DNA of 64,000 nt from a candidate division FCPU426 bacterium (GTDB taxonomy: Bacteria; Oederibacteriota; Muellerivitia; Muellerivitales; Muellerivitaceae): assembly GCA_963771075.1 (NCBI GenBank), contig CAVYSE010000011.1, forward strand, positions 416,001 through 480,000, read 5' to 3'. Positions within the stretch are counted from its first letter, which is position 1. Every line of letters starts with the position of its first letter. Of this stretch, positions 39,364 to 50,497 are shown piece after piece. The position numbers and the translations under genes were made by a program. The notes beneath the pieces were generated by a model that did not search any database, had not been told where the DNA came from, and saw only the letters and a list, made by a program, of their open reading frames with translations.

Positions 39364-42081
39364 ATGCGGATCAATCAGCTGGGTTTCAATCGGTTGGCGC
39401 CGGTGCTTTTTTCTTTTATGTTCTTGATGTCCTTCTCCACCCTCAAAGCCCAAACGGCCGCGACCACGCCGGTGGACAGCCAAGGCAATACGCTTTCGGC
39501 TTCCGTGTCGGGGGTCTCGGAACTCCCCGAGGTCACGGTGAAGGCCAAGGGCATCGACCAGGCCCAGTCCTTCGATGAGATGCACGACTCCCTGAACAAG
39601 GTCAACATCCTTTCCCAGGACCAGATCAACCAAACGCCGGCCAAGACCGTCGCCCAGGCGGCCCAGCAATTGCCGGGCGTCGGGGTTCAGCATGACACCA
39701 GCGAACCCCGGTACATCACGATCCGCGGTACGGACCCGACCCTGGACATCGTCACCTTCAACGACACGATCATTCCTTCCTATGACAACTCCACGAGGTC
39801 GGTGGACCTGGACGACATCCCGGTCGGGTTGGTGGGCGAGGAAGAAGTTTTCAAGACCATCCTGCCGGATATGGACGGCCAGGGAGTGGGCGGGCAGATG
39901 AACCTGGTCCCCAAATCGGCCTTCGATTACCCCGATAGTTTCCATGAAATCAAGGCCGAAGCGGGCATTGTGCCGCAAAAGAATGAACCTACCGCCAACG
40001 GCAATTTGACCTGGGGTGAAACCTTTGACCTGGGGGGGCCCTCCAAACTGGGCTTCCTGGTCGCGGCCAATTACCAGTACGAAAGGTTCGGGATCGAAGA
40101 CCTGGAAGAGACCTACACCCCGGCTGGTCAAGGGCAATTGGGTTCCAATTCCATCAATGAATACGACTTTCAAGATTATTTTTATGAGCGCGACCGTGGC
40201 GGGATCGGCGCGAATATCGACCTCAGGGCCGATCGGGACAACAAGTATTACACGAATTTCATGTACAGTGGCTATGACGAATACCGCAGGCCCAAATATA
40301 CCACCGCTTACCAGAACATCGACGCGATCCCCGGGCAGGCCGTCCAGAATGCCGATGGAAGCTATACGGTCGACGTCGGGGCCGCCGGGACGGACGTTGA
40401 AGATAAGGTAAGTTATGAATTGACCCAGTATCGCACGCTGGCCTTGGGGTTAGGCGGCGAAAACAACATTAATGGCTTCGATCTGGATTACAAGGCCAGC
40501 TATGCCTACGCGGACACCAACGAACCCTGGCACCCTGATTATTCCTTCAAGGACAAGAACTCTCATCTCGGTGGAACGATCACTTATAACAACACACAGA
40601 ACAACGGCAATAGCCCGACCTTCGATAACAGCCAATTGACCGGGGAGCTAGATCCGGCCAATTTCGCATTGAAAGGTTTCTCGAATGAAACGCAAGTTTA
40701 CAACGTGAATCAATATGGCTTGAAGGCCGACGGCAAGACCGATATGGACCTGGGGGGTGGGGATAAGGGCACCCTCAAATTTGGCGCGGATGCGAACATG
40801 AGCTATGCGGTTTACAGCGACGTGAATTATTCGCCGACCTTTTTGAACAGTGCGACCATGGCCGATTTTAGTCCTACGAGCCTACCTAACTTTTATCCCG
40901 GCAATATCTATAACATGGGCCCGGTTCCAGGGATCAACTCATTGTTGAACGGGCTCAACATCAACGGAAGCACGGCCTTTGCGGGTCCCATGACCGAAAC
41001 CGATCCCGTGGCGGACCAGGGGAATGACTGGGATTCTTACGAAAACGTTTATGCGGGTTACGGCATGTACACCCTCAAAACAGGTAATCTGTCAGTGATG
41101 GGTGGCGCCCGTATCGAGGCCACCCACATCAAATACGACTGGTACCGGGCCTATGTGGATGAATACGCCGCAAAACCTCAGACCGAATACGGCGCAGCCC
41201 TTCCTGAAACGGGGACCATCGATTACACCAATATCCTGCCGAGCCTCGGATTCAAGTATGCCTTCGATCCCACGATGAATGCCCGGCTTAATTATTCGGA
41301 GACCTTGGCCCGTCCGACCTACAACCAGTACATCCCCTCGCCCACCCTGGGTCAGAATGAGAACGGCGGTTTTTCCTCGGCGGACCCGGTCGTCACCAAT
41401 ACCTACGGCAACCCGAACCTGAAACCGATGGTCTCGGATAATATCGACCTTTCTTTGGAACTTTACCCCGAGAAGGGCGTCATCCTGGCCGTTGACGGCT
41501 TCATTAAGGATATCACCAACTATTTCGCGACTGATTATAACGAGTCCATTTCCTCAGGTGGGGTGACCCAGGTCATTACCTATTCAAATATTCCAAATTC
41601 GTATATCTATGGTGTGGAATTTCAGTACCAACAGCAATATTCCATGCTGCCCGATTTCTTGAGCGGGTTGGGTTACCGGGGTTCCATTTCCTTTATTGGA
41701 TCCCAGGGTGAGACCTCGCCAGGGGTCAATACCGAGCTGCCTAGCCAGTCCGATCTCATCTTTAACACGGGAATCTTTTACAAAAAGTACGGATTTACGA
41801 TCGATGTCGGCGGTTCCTTCACCGGGAAACAGCTTTCCCTGGTCGGGGACGCGGCTCTTCCAGGTTCCTTGGGCGGACCGGTACCGAACGTTTACTACGA
41901 CGACTACTTCCAGATCGACGCGAAGATCCAGTACGCCTTTACCAAGGACTTCACGTTGTATGCCGAAGGGGACAACCTGAATAACGAGCCGCTCCGTTAT
42001 TTCCAAGGGACTTCCAATCTGCCGATCCAGAACGAATATTATGGACCGACCTTTGATGGCGGTATCGACGTCACCTTTTAA
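39364..42081 (+). CDS. TonB-dependent receptor
   Basis: EVTVKA TonB box, plug domain (QLPGV, YITIRG, DLDDIP, GVGGQMNL), GNPNLKP, and a C-terminal DVTF. Confidence 0.93.
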   Translation: MRINQLGFNRLAPVLFSFMFLMSFSTLKAQTAATTPVDSQGNTLSASVSGVSELPEVTVKAKGIDQAQSFDEMHDSLNKVNILSQDQINQTPAKTVAQAAQQLPGVGVQHDTSEPRYITIRGTDPTLDIVTFNDTIIPSYDNSTRSVDLDDIPVGLVGEEEVFKTILPDMDGQGVGGQMNLVPKSAFDYPDSFHEIKAEAGIVPQKNEPTANGNLTWGETFDLGGPSKLGFLVAANYQYERFGIEDLEETYTPAGQGQLGSNSINEYDFQDYFYERDRGGIGANIDLRADRDNKYYTNFMYSGYDEYRRPKYTTAYQNIDAIPGQAVQNADGSYTVDVGAAGTDVEDKVSYELTQYRTLALGLGGENNINGFDLDYKASYAYADTNEPWHPDYSFKDKNSHLGGTITYNNTQNNGNSPTFDNSQLTGELDPANFALKGFSNETQVYNVNQYGLKADGKTDMDLGGGDKGTLKFGADANMSYAVYSDVNYSPTFLNSATMADFSPTSLPNFYPGNIYNMGPVPGINSLLNGLNINGSTAFAGPMTETDPVADQGNDWDSYENVYAGYGMYTLKTGNLSVMGGARIEATHIKYDWYRAYVDEYAAKPQTEYGAALPETGTIDYTNILPSLGFKYAFDPTMNARLNYSETLARPTYNQYIPSPTLGQNENGGFSSADPVVTNTYGNPNLKPMVSDNIDLSLELYPEKGVILAVDGFIKDITNYFATDYNESISSGGVTQVITYSNIPNSYIYGVEFQYQQQYSMLPDFLSGLGYRGSISFIGSQGETSPGVNTELPSQSDLIFNTGIFYKKYGFTIDVGGSFTGKQLSLVGDAALPGSLGGPVPNVYYDDYFQIDAKIQYAFTKDFTLYAEGDNLNNEPLRYFQGTSNLPIQNEYYGPTFDGGIDVTF

Positions 42082-42414
42082 GGGAAGCTGTAGCAAGATT
42101 TAAAGAGGATTCGCTCAAACTCCTCTGTCCAGCCCGGCGTGAGTTTTTAGGAACCCAACACGGTTTCGGAGTCAGGGACCGAAACCGTGTGCCGGGTTCG
42201 GGCTTTATAAGCGTGGAAAATCAGTAAAGAGGATGGTGTTTCAGTTTGCGAAGCGACGAAAGTGTAATCTTTGCGCCATCTCGGGGATTTTACATACCTG
42301 TCATCCATGCCCGGCGAGCAACCGGGTATTCTTTTATCAGGCACCCGGGTAAAGACGTGACCTTGATTCTGCCTTTTCGAATCACTCAAACCAAAAACTA
42401 TAGGGGAGTTTTCA

Positions 42415-43041
42415 ATGAACTTGATCTTCATGCACATGGCCTTGCTGGGCGACACCTGGGTGATCGGCCTTCTGATCGTAGCCAGCGTGGTCTCCATCGG
42501 GGTCATGTTTGAGCGCTGGCTGGTTTACCGGAAGAACCGGGGCGATGTGGCCACCTTGATGGATAGCCTGGCGGAAAGCCTGGAACAACACGACATCCCA
42601 GGGGCCTTGGCCCTGGCGGAAAACAGCAAGCGGGTGGAAGCCCGGGTGGCCCTGGCGGGCTTGAAGAGCTTTTCCAAGGGCGCGGCGGCGGCGGAAGAGG
42701 TCATGGCTTCCCACTGGCTGAGGGAAAAACTGGAACATGAGAAGTACCTGATCATCCTGGGCACCCTGGGCAACAACGCACCCTTCGTCGGCCTCTTCGG
42801 GACGGTGCTGGGAGTGATCAAGGCCTTCAACGACCTGGGGCTAACGGGCCAAAGCGGGGTCTCGGTGGTCATGGCGGGCATTTCAAGCGCCTTGATCGCC
42901 ACGGCCTTCGGAATCCTGGTGGCCATCCCGGCGGTCGTAGCCAATAACTTCTTTTTGACCCGGCTGGGCGAGATCCAAACCAATACCGACAGCCTGTCGC
43001 GCATCCTGTTGGCCTATCTCAAGCAAGAGAAGGTGAACTAA
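42415..43041 (+). CDS. exbB: MotA/TolQ/ExbB proton channel
   Basis: LGTLGNNAPFVGLFGTVLG and GISSALIATAFGILVAIPA motifs. Confidence 0.9.
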   Translation: MNLIFMHMALLGDTWVIGLLIVASVVSIGVMFERWLVYRKNRGDVATLMDSLAESLEQHDIPGALALAENSKRVEARVALAGLKSFSKGAAAAEEVMASHWLREKLEHEKYLIILGTLGNNAPFVGLFGTVLGVIKAFNDLGLTGQSGVSVVMAGISSALIATAFGILVAIPAVVANNFFLTRLGEIQTNTDSLSRILLAYLKQEKVN

Positions 43042-43442
43042 TGCTGCCGGGCGGAAGCGACCGGGGCCTGGTCACCGGCATCAATGTCACCCCCCTGGTG
43101 GATATCACCCTGGTGCTCTTGATCATTTTCATGGTGACGGCAACCTTCATCAGCGAACAGGCCCTGCAGGTTCAACTGCCCAAGGTGGTTAAGGAAGAAA
43201 AGGCCCCCCAACCCGCCCTGGTGGTGACCCTGGGTTCCAAGGGCGAACTTAAATTCAACCAGAAAAACATCGACCTGGGCGGTTTGACCCAACAGATGAC
43301 GGTTGAGACCAGCATCAGCCCAGAGGTGAAGGTGATCCTTAAGGCGGACAAGAGCATCCCCTACGAGCAATTGGCGCAGGTTTTGGACGCGATCAAGCTA
43401 GGTGGGGTCCAGAAGGTGGCCCTGGCCATGGACCGTAAATAG
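43041..43442 (+). CDS. exbD: ExbD/TolR
   Basis: INVTPLVDITLVLLIIFMVTA and ADKSIPY motifs. Confidence 0.9.
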   Translation: MLPGGSDRGLVTGINVTPLVDITLVLLIIFMVTATFISEQALQVQLPKVVKEEKAPQPALVVTLGSKGELKFNQKNIDLGGLTQQMTVETSISPEVKVILKADKSIPYEQLAQVLDAIKLGGVQKVALAMDRK

Positions 43443-44071
43443 TGAACCTCCCTTATTACGACGCCGAAACGAACCACCTACCCAACGGTTTTCCGGTGAA
43501 CCGCTTCTTCGACGGTTTTCGGATGGACCCTCTTTACGGCGGCATCCTGCTGTCCTTTTTCCTCCACGCGGCCTTCTTCGGGGTGGCCATGGGGCTGATC
43601 GCCTGGGGCGAATCCCACGCTGAGTACAAGACCAATATCGACCTCAGCGCCACCCCCCTCTTGACCCTTCAAACCAAGATGACTCCCCCGCCGCCCCCTG
43701 AGCCCTGGGTTCTGGCGAAAAAGGGCAAGGCGCCTCCCCCACCCCTGGTCAAGCCCACTCCCACCCCCGAGGCGGCGGCCCCTTATGTGGTCGCCAGCCG
43801 CCAGCCTTCCCTGGTGGGCGGATTCATCGACGAGAACGATTATCCCACCGAGATGAGGAAGCAAAAGAAGGAAGGCCGGGTGATCGTGGAGCTTCTCATC
43901 AATATCGAAGGAAAGGTGGACAAGGTGACCATCCTTCAGGGCGCCGACCCCGCCTTCAACCAGGTGGTCTTGGACCGTCTGAAGGACGCGAGGTTTCGAC
44001 CCGCCCTGGACAAGTTGGGCGAGCCCATGAACTGCAGGGTGAGGTTGCCAATCTCCTTCAAGCTGGATTGA
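43442..44071 (+). CDS. tonB: TonB energy transducer
   Basis: TM with S....H, Pro-rich linker, and YP......EG.V...F.PA...G.P C-terminal domain. Confidence 0.88.
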   Translation: MNLPYYDAETNHLPNGFPVNRFFDGFRMDPLYGGILLSFFLHAAFFGVAMGLIAWGESHAEYKTNIDLSATPLLTLQTKMTPPPPPEPWVLAKKGKAPPPPLVKPTPTPEAAAPYVVASRQPSLVGGFIDENDYPTEMRKQKKEGRVIVELLINIEGKVDKVTILQGADPAFNQVVLDRLKDARFRPALDKLGEPMNCRVRLPISFKLD

Positions 44072-44169
44072 GGAAGACGGTGGGGCGAATGCCCCTTCTA
44101 GTATTTTCCACCTTTGAAAAAAGGGGGAAGTGGCCGCAACATGGGAATTGAAATAGAGGAAAATTCAAC

Positions 44170-45216
44170 ATGAATAACAAACACAAGTTGATCTTTTTCT
44201 TCTTTTTGATCCTCATGGTTTCCGGTCCTGGGTTCCTTTGGTCCAAGGATTCTATCTTCAAGAAAGACCTGGCGGCTTTCCATAAGAACCCACGGGATGG
44301 GGATTTACGGGAAAAGATCATCCAAGAAGTTCTTTCTATGAAGTCAGCCCCATCCCTGCCTAGCGCCGCGGTCAGCTTGAAGAGCCAGGCGAAAGAGGCT
44401 TCTGAAAAATCCCAATTCAAGGACGCGGCTCAATCCCTGGCCAAAGCGTCTGATTGGGCCCCTTGGGACCCCGCCATCTATTCCGATTTGGCCCAAGCCC
44501 AGGAGAAAGCGGAGTTCTATCCTGAGGCCCTTCAAAGCTTGAACCTCTACCTGCTGGCCGCGCCCAAGGCGGAGGACCGGCAACAGGTTCAGGACCGGAT
44601 CGGGAAATTGAGCGACGAGAATAAAAAGTGGATGGAAGACCAGATCGGGCACCTGGACGTGGATGCCGTGGGCAACTCCCTGGCCGCGCGGCTCGCGGAA
44701 ATGAGGATGGCCGCCAAGATCGAAGTGCCCTTTCTGGTAAAAGCCCTAAAAAACAACGACGGAGATACCCGGGCCAATGCCGCCCAGCTCCTGGGACAGA
44801 TCGGGCCGGACGCAGCCTCGGCCATACCCGCCTTGGCGGAGCGGTTGGATGATCCGGTCACCAATGTCAAAGAAAAAGCGTCGGACGCCCTTTCGAAATT
44901 GGGGCCCGGCGTCGTCCAAGTCTTGCCGGACTTGACGTATTTCTTGAAAAACGACGATGCCTTCATCCGGACCAGTGTCGCGTTTGCCTTGGGAAATATC
45001 GGGCCTGGGGCCGCCAAAGCCGTACCGGCCCTGGCCAAGGCCTTGAAGGACGGGGATTCCAGGGTCCGGGCAAACGCGGCCTATGCCTTAGCCAAGATCG
45101 GCCCGACCGCCAAGGAAGCCTTGCCGGCCCTGGAGGCGATGTCGAACGACAGCGACCCGACAGCCAAAAAAAACGCAGCCGTAGCCGTCAAGCAAATCAA
45201 CTCCATCGCCGAATAG
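44170..45216 (+). CDS. Secreted TPR plus HEAT-repeat protein
   Basis: Signal peptide, TPR-like APWDP..Y..LA, and repeated RANAA.ALG.IGP.A..A.PAL units. Confidence 0.85.
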   Translation: MNNKHKLIFFFFLILMVSGPGFLWSKDSIFKKDLAAFHKNPRDGDLREKIIQEVLSMKSAPSLPSAAVSLKSQAKEASEKSQFKDAAQSLAKASDWAPWDPAIYSDLAQAQEKAEFYPEALQSLNLYLLAAPKAEDRQQVQDRIGKLSDENKKWMEDQIGHLDVDAVGNSLAARLAEMRMAAKIEVPFLVKALKNNDGDTRANAAQLLGQIGPDAASAIPALAERLDDPVTNVKEKASDALSKLGPGVVQVLPDLTYFLKNDDAFIRTSVAFALGNIGPGAAKAVPALAKALKDGDSRVRANAAYALAKIGPTAKEALPALEAMSNDSDPTAKKNAAVAVKQINSIAE

Positions 45217-45306
45217 TCTTTGATGAAATTCATTTGATAGGATGGCTCCTCCCCTTTATATATGGGAGGGATTCTCTTGCCCTTCAAATCAGAAGAAAAG
45301 GTCGCA

Positions 45307-46068
45307 ATGAAAGAAAACACAAACGATAGCCTTTTAAGCAAGGTTCCCGAGGTGACCTTTCTTTTTTGGGTCATCAAAATCGCGGCCACCACCCTGGGCG
45401 AGACCGGCGGGGATATGGTTTCCATGTCCATGAACCTGGGCTACCTGGTGGGCACGGCCATTTTCGCGGTGATTTTCATAGGGGCCGTGATTATCCAGAT
45501 CAAGGCGAAACAGTTTCATCCCTATATTTATTGGTTCACCATCATCGCCACCACGACCGTCGGCACCACCCTGGCCGATTTCTGCGACCGGTCCCTGGGC
45601 ATCGGTTACGCGGGAGGCTCCTCTATCCTCTTTTGCCTGCTCATGGGGTCCCTCTTGGTCTGGCATAAGACCCTGGGCACGGTGGCGGTGGATTCGGTCT
45701 CCGAACCTAAATCGGAGATGTTCTACTGGGTCACCATCATGTTTTCCCAGACCCTAGGAACCGCCTTGGGTGACTGGACGGCCGATTCGGAGGGACTGGG
45801 CTACCTAGGTGGCGCTACCATCTTCATTATTCTTTTAGCCGTGGTGCTCGGGCTATACTTCTGGACCAAAGTATCCCGAACTCTTCTCTTCTGGGCCGGT
45901 TTTATCCTCACCCGGCCCTTGGGCGCGGTCCTGGGAGATTGCCTTGATAAACCGCTGGACCATGGGGGCTTGGCCCTGAGTCGGTACGCCGCCAGCGGCG
46001 CCCTGCTTTTATTCATCCTGGTTTGCTTAGTGTTTTTTCCACACCGGGCGGCCCGGAAAAGCCATTAA
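45307..46068 (+). CDS. COG4705/DUF347 membrane protein
   Basis: SKVPEVT..FW.IKI.ATTLGETGGD, LGTALGD and FILTRPLGA motifs. Confidence 0.9.
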   Translation: MKENTNDSLLSKVPEVTFLFWVIKIAATTLGETGGDMVSMSMNLGYLVGTAIFAVIFIGAVIIQIKAKQFHPYIYWFTIIATTTVGTTLADFCDRSLGIGYAGGSSILFCLLMGSLLVWHKTLGTVAVDSVSEPKSEMFYWVTIMFSQTLGTALGDWTADSEGLGYLGGATIFIILLAVVLGLYFWTKVSRTLLFWAGFILTRPLGAVLGDCLDKPLDHGGLALSRYAASGALLLFILVCLVFFPHRAARKSH

Positions 46069-46134
46069 TCACATTATTTAACCGCGAAGACGCGAAGGAC
46101 ACCTTGTCCATTTCTGTGATGGTTGAAGGAAAAT

Positions 46135-46809
46135 ATGAAAATCCTGGTCATAGAAGACGAAATCAAGACCGCCGCTTACCTCGCCAAGGGTTTGGGTGAG
46201 AATGGTTATTCGGTCCACCATTCCTCCAACGGGGAGGAAGGGTACCAGATGGCCGTGGATGGCGGTTACGACCTATTGATCCTGGACATCATGCTCCCGG
46301 GAAAGGATGGCTGGTCCATATTGACGGACCTGCGCAAATCAGGCCAAAAATTACCCATCCTTTGCCTCACTGCCAGGGACGCCCTGGGAGACCGGGTTCT
46401 GGGCCTGGAATCGGGCGCGGATGATTACCTGGTGAAACCCTTCGCCTTTGTGGAACTACTGGCCCGGGTGCGGACCCTCCTGCGGAGGGGACCGGTGCGG
46501 GCCTCGGAAAACCTCAAGATCGCCGATCTGGAAATCGACCCCATCCGCCACAAGACCCAGCGCTCCGGCCGACGGATCGACCTCACCCCCAAGGAATTCT
46601 CCCTCCTCCACCTTTTGGCGACCCATTCGGGCGAAGTCTTGACCCGCACCCTCCTGGCGGAGCAGGTGTGGGACATGAATTTCGACAGCGACACCAACGT
46701 GGTGGACGTGCATGTGCGCCGGCTCCGTTCCAAGATGGACGACCCCTTCAACCTCAAGCTGATCCATACCGTCCGGGGGGTGGGATATGTCCTCGAAAAC
46801 CGGGGATAA
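46135..46809 (+). CDS. Heavy-metal response regulator (CusR/CopR/IrlR-like)
   Basis: ILVIEDE.K, GADDYLVKPFAF and VWDMNFDSDTNVVDVHVRRLR motifs. Confidence 0.93.
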   Translation: MKILVIEDEIKTAAYLAKGLGENGYSVHHSSNGEEGYQMAVDGGYDLLILDIMLPGKDGWSILTDLRKSGQKLPILCLTARDALGDRVLGLESGADDYLVKPFAFVELLARVRTLLRRGPVRASENLKIADLEIDPIRHKTQRSGRRIDLTPKEFSLLHLLATHSGEVLTRTLLAEQVWDMNFDSDTNVVDVHVRRLRSKMDDPFNLKLIHTVRGVGYVLENRG

Positions 46810-48217
46810 AAAAGAAAGGCCGGGGTGGCTGGGCTCCCTAGCTGCCCTCATGACCTTCTGGTACGCCCTTTCCGCTTTTGTACTGCTCTTAACAGCCTCC
46901 GGTTTCCTCTATCACGCCCTTTCGGAAGGCCTGGAACATGAGGACGACCACCTGTTGTCCGAAAACCTTGAAAGTTTGACAGCTTATATGAAGAAAAACC
47001 CGAACGACGTGGGTGACCTCATGCAGTTCGTGGGGGAGACCCCCAAGTGGTACCGCACCGTTTCTTTTTGGACCCGAATCATGGATGGAAACCAAATACT
47101 GGCCGAGACTCCCGGTATGTCCCAGTCCCTCCCCCCCAATCTATTCCCGGGCGGTTCATCGAAAAACCCGAATTTGACGGTCCATACCGGTGAGGGAAAA
47201 CCCTTCCGGGTCCTGCTGACCCAAGCCGACTGGCCGGGATATATCCGGCCCCGCCTCCAGGTCCAGATGGCCATGGATATGAGCACCGATGAGGATATCC
47301 TCCGAAAATTCAGCAAAAAGCTCTGGAGGGTCCTGGGTTTTTCCCTCCTGGCCTGCGCCCTGGTGGGCTACTGGATCGCCCAAAGGGGTATCCGTCCGGT
47401 GAAGAAGATGGCGGAAACCGCCGCCCATATCCGTTCCAGCACCCTCTATGAGCGCCTTGAAAGGCGGGGCCTGCCCTCGGAGCTTTCGGACCTGGCCGCC
47501 ACCTTCAACGGGATGCTGGACCGGCTGGAAGATTCCTTCGACCGGCTTTCCCGCTTCAGTTCCGATATTGCGCACGAGTTACGAACTCCCCTGCAAAACC
47601 TGCGGGGCGAGGCGGAAGTGGTCTTGAGCAAGGCGCGCACGGGTGCCGAGTACCAGGATCACCTGGGTTCCGCCTTGGAGGAATATCAGCGGCTTTCCAG
47701 CCTCATTGACAGCCTGTTGTTTCTCGCCCGGGCCGAGAACCCCCAAACCCTGATCAAGCGGGAAGAACTGGATATGAGGAAGGAACTCATCATTCTCCAC
47801 GACTATTACGGCCCCTCGGCGGGGGAATCGAATATTGCCGTTACCGTGGAGGCCCCGGATAGCTTGAAGGCTAGGGTGGACCGGTCCTTGTTCCAGCGGG
47901 CGGTGGGGAACTTGGTGGAGAACGCGTTGGTTCACACCCCACCCGGCGGGTCGTTGCTTTTGAAGGCTACCGCCGGTGAGGGAAAGACCCTGGTGGAGGT
48001 GATCGACACGGGGAAGGGTATCCCCGCGGACCAGGTTTCGAAAGTCTTCGACCGGTTTTACCGGGTGGATCCCTCGCGCTCTCCGTCTTCCGGGGGGTCA
48101 GGACTGGGGCTTTCGATCGTTAAGAGCATCATGGACCTGCATGACGGGACCGTGGAAATACAAACCCAAGAGGGAAAGGGAACCCGGATCATCCTTTCTT
48201 TCCCGGACCTTGCCTGA
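46787..48217 (+). CDS. Heavy-metal sensor histidine kinase (CusS-like)
   Basis: Two TMs, HAMP, FSSDIAHELRTP, LFLARAE, NA..HT, DTGKGI and GSGLGLSIV. Confidence 0.92.
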   Translation: MSSKTGDKKERPGWLGSLAALMTFWYALSAFVLLLTASGFLYHALSEGLEHEDDHLLSENLESLTAYMKKNPNDVGDLMQFVGETPKWYRTVSFWTRIMDGNQILAETPGMSQSLPPNLFPGGSSKNPNLTVHTGEGKPFRVLLTQADWPGYIRPRLQVQMAMDMSTDEDILRKFSKKLWRVLGFSLLACALVGYWIAQRGIRPVKKMAETAAHIRSSTLYERLERRGLPSELSDLAATFNGMLDRLEDSFDRLSRFSSDIAHELRTPLQNLRGEAEVVLSKARTGAEYQDHLGSALEEYQRLSSLIDSLLFLARAENPQTLIKREELDMRKELIILHDYYGPSAGESNIAVTVEAPDSLKARVDRSLFQRAVGNLVENALVHTPPGGSLLLKATAGEGKTLVEVIDTGKGIPADQVSKVFDRFYRVDPSRSPSSGGSGLGLSIVKSIMDLHDGTVEIQTQEGKGTRIILSFPDLA

Positions 48218-48278
48218 GAGCGGGTTCGGGAATGATAGCTGAAAGATCAGGATTTGAGAGGGATTACAGGAGAAAAAA

Positions 48279-50317
48279 ATGAAAAGCTTTAGAACCGCCA
48301 TAGGAACCGCCTGGAGGCTGGGAATTTTCTTGATCGGATGTTTCCTTTTGCCGGCTTATTCCGGGACTGCGGGAGAGTCCGCGAAACACCCGTTGATCGA
48401 AACGCTCCCCCCCGCGGGGGACGATCAAATCGCGCCTTTGTTAGTGTCGAAAGAAAAGGAACCCGCCTTAAGCCGTAAGCAATTGCTTTCCCTTCTTCGC
48501 CAAAACGTCAAATACGTCTTCGTGCTCTACCAGGAAAACCGCTCCTTCGATTCTTATTTCGGCACTTTTCCCGGGGTGGAGGGAATCTATTCCCGGCCCG
48601 CAAGCCTGACCCCGGGTTACTACCAATCGGTGGAGAACCCCGACGGGAAACTGGAAACCATCCAACCCTTCCTCATCGGACCGAAACAATTCGCCTCGGA
48701 CCTCGACGACACCAAGCACTCCCACCTGGCCCTGGTGCAGAAGATGGACCTGGTGGATCAGAAACCGAGGATGGACCGGTTCGCCCTGGCGGAAGAATTC
48801 AAGAATGGCACGGACACGCCTCCCGCCCTGGCCGACAAGCAATTCGGGGAATTGACCATGGCCCACGTGGACGGGGACACCATCCCCTTTCTCTGGCGCT
48901 GGGCCAATCGGTTCGTGATCTTCGACCATATCTTCCAGTTGATGGTGGGACCCTCGGGCCCGGGCAACCTCTCCATCATCGCCGCCCAAAGCGGGCAGAC
49001 CCAGGCCGCCCTCCACCCGAAGGAATTGGAGAAAGACTCCGGGAAGAAGGCCCCGGGGGAGCCGGTCCTCAACAGCAGCGACCCCTTCTGGGGCTCCCCC
49101 CAGGACACCTCCAACCCCAAGATGCCCGTGAACCCGAAGGAATTTTCCGGAAAGAACAAGGACAAGGAAACCTATCTGAACCAGACCTATGCCACCCTCC
49201 CCCTTTCGCTGGCCGGTTCCCAGGCCCAAAGCGAGACGGACGCCGACCCGCAAAAGGAAACCGACCTTGAGGACCTTCAGGAGGACGTGGCTTATTTGGA
49301 TCAGAAGGGCCAGGCGCCCATCCCCTGGGGCTGGTTCCAGGAGGGCTTCGGCCATCCCTTTACCGGGGACGACGACGCCACCGACGCCGAGGGACAGCAT
49401 TTATCCTATGTCACCCACCACAACGGACCCCAATATTTCGGCTACATCGTTCACAGCCCGGCCATGGCCGGCAGCCTCCAAGATCTGCAGGACTTTTTTT
49501 AATGCCGTCAAACAGGGCACCCTTCCCGACCAGGGCGGGGTCTTACTACGTGAAGGGGGGCGGCCATGAGAACCTCTTCGGTTTGAAGCCGGCCGATCCG
49601 GACGAGGCGGTCCGGAAAAGCTTCCTGGGGGACGACGACCATCCCGGGGGTTCGGACTCCCAGATCAGCGAGGCCATGCTGGCCCACGCCATCAACGCCA
49701 TCGCCCAAAGCAAGTATTGGAGCCAATGCGCCATCTTGATCACCTGGGACGACGAGGGCGGGTTCTACGACCACGTGCCTCCGCCCATGCATTCCTTCAC
49801 GCCGGACAAGGAACCCCTCACCGACGGGCCCCGGGTGCCGTTTTTGCTGGTATCGCCCTATGCCCGGACCCACGCGGTCGACCACGAGACGGGGGACCAC
49901 GGGTCGGTCGTCAAGTTCGTGGATGAGGCCTTCGGGTTGACCCCCCTGGCGAAACTGCCGGACGAGAGGAAGGGCCGCGAGATCGCCAAGAAAAAGTGGG
50001 GGCAGGACAACTGGGGTCCGGACGACGCGCTGACCCCGGACGTCACTGACCTGTTGTCCGGGTTTGACCCGGCCCGGTTGAAAGGCGATGCCCCGCCCCT
50101 GCCGCCTGACTACGCCATGATCCCCGAGGCCGTCGTGGCCAAGCTTCCGCAGGAGAGCGGGTACGGTTTGAAGGACATCGGAATTGTCCCCGTCGACCAA
50201 GCCCTGGGTTTGCCGAATCCTATCCCGGCTGATTTCAACCCGCGGCCCAAGACAGACCCCAGCCAACCGCCGTCAACGCCGGAGGCCCATACCGTTCTTC
50301 AAAAAATAAATCAATGA
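48279..50317 (+). CDS. Secreted phosphoesterase (phospholipase C / AcpA family) with two apparent frameshifts at about 49500 and 49544
   Basis: YQENRSFDSYFG, DDHPG, ITWDDEGGFYDHVPP, GPRVP and DHGSVVKF. Removing one base at each site restores FFNAVK...GGVYYVKGG. Confidence 0.85.
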
Positions 50318-50497
50318 GAAAGGTATTGTCCTGACTTCCGTTGCCCTTTTGGGCAACGGGGGCAAGTCACTCCTCCAGGCAAATAAAGAATCCAGCATCG
50401 GACCCAGGGTTTAGTTGATTCAAGCAGCCATTTTTTGATAGCTTTTTATCCACCCTTGGTGGTCCACGATTCCTTTTCCAACCGTTGGAGGCTGTGC

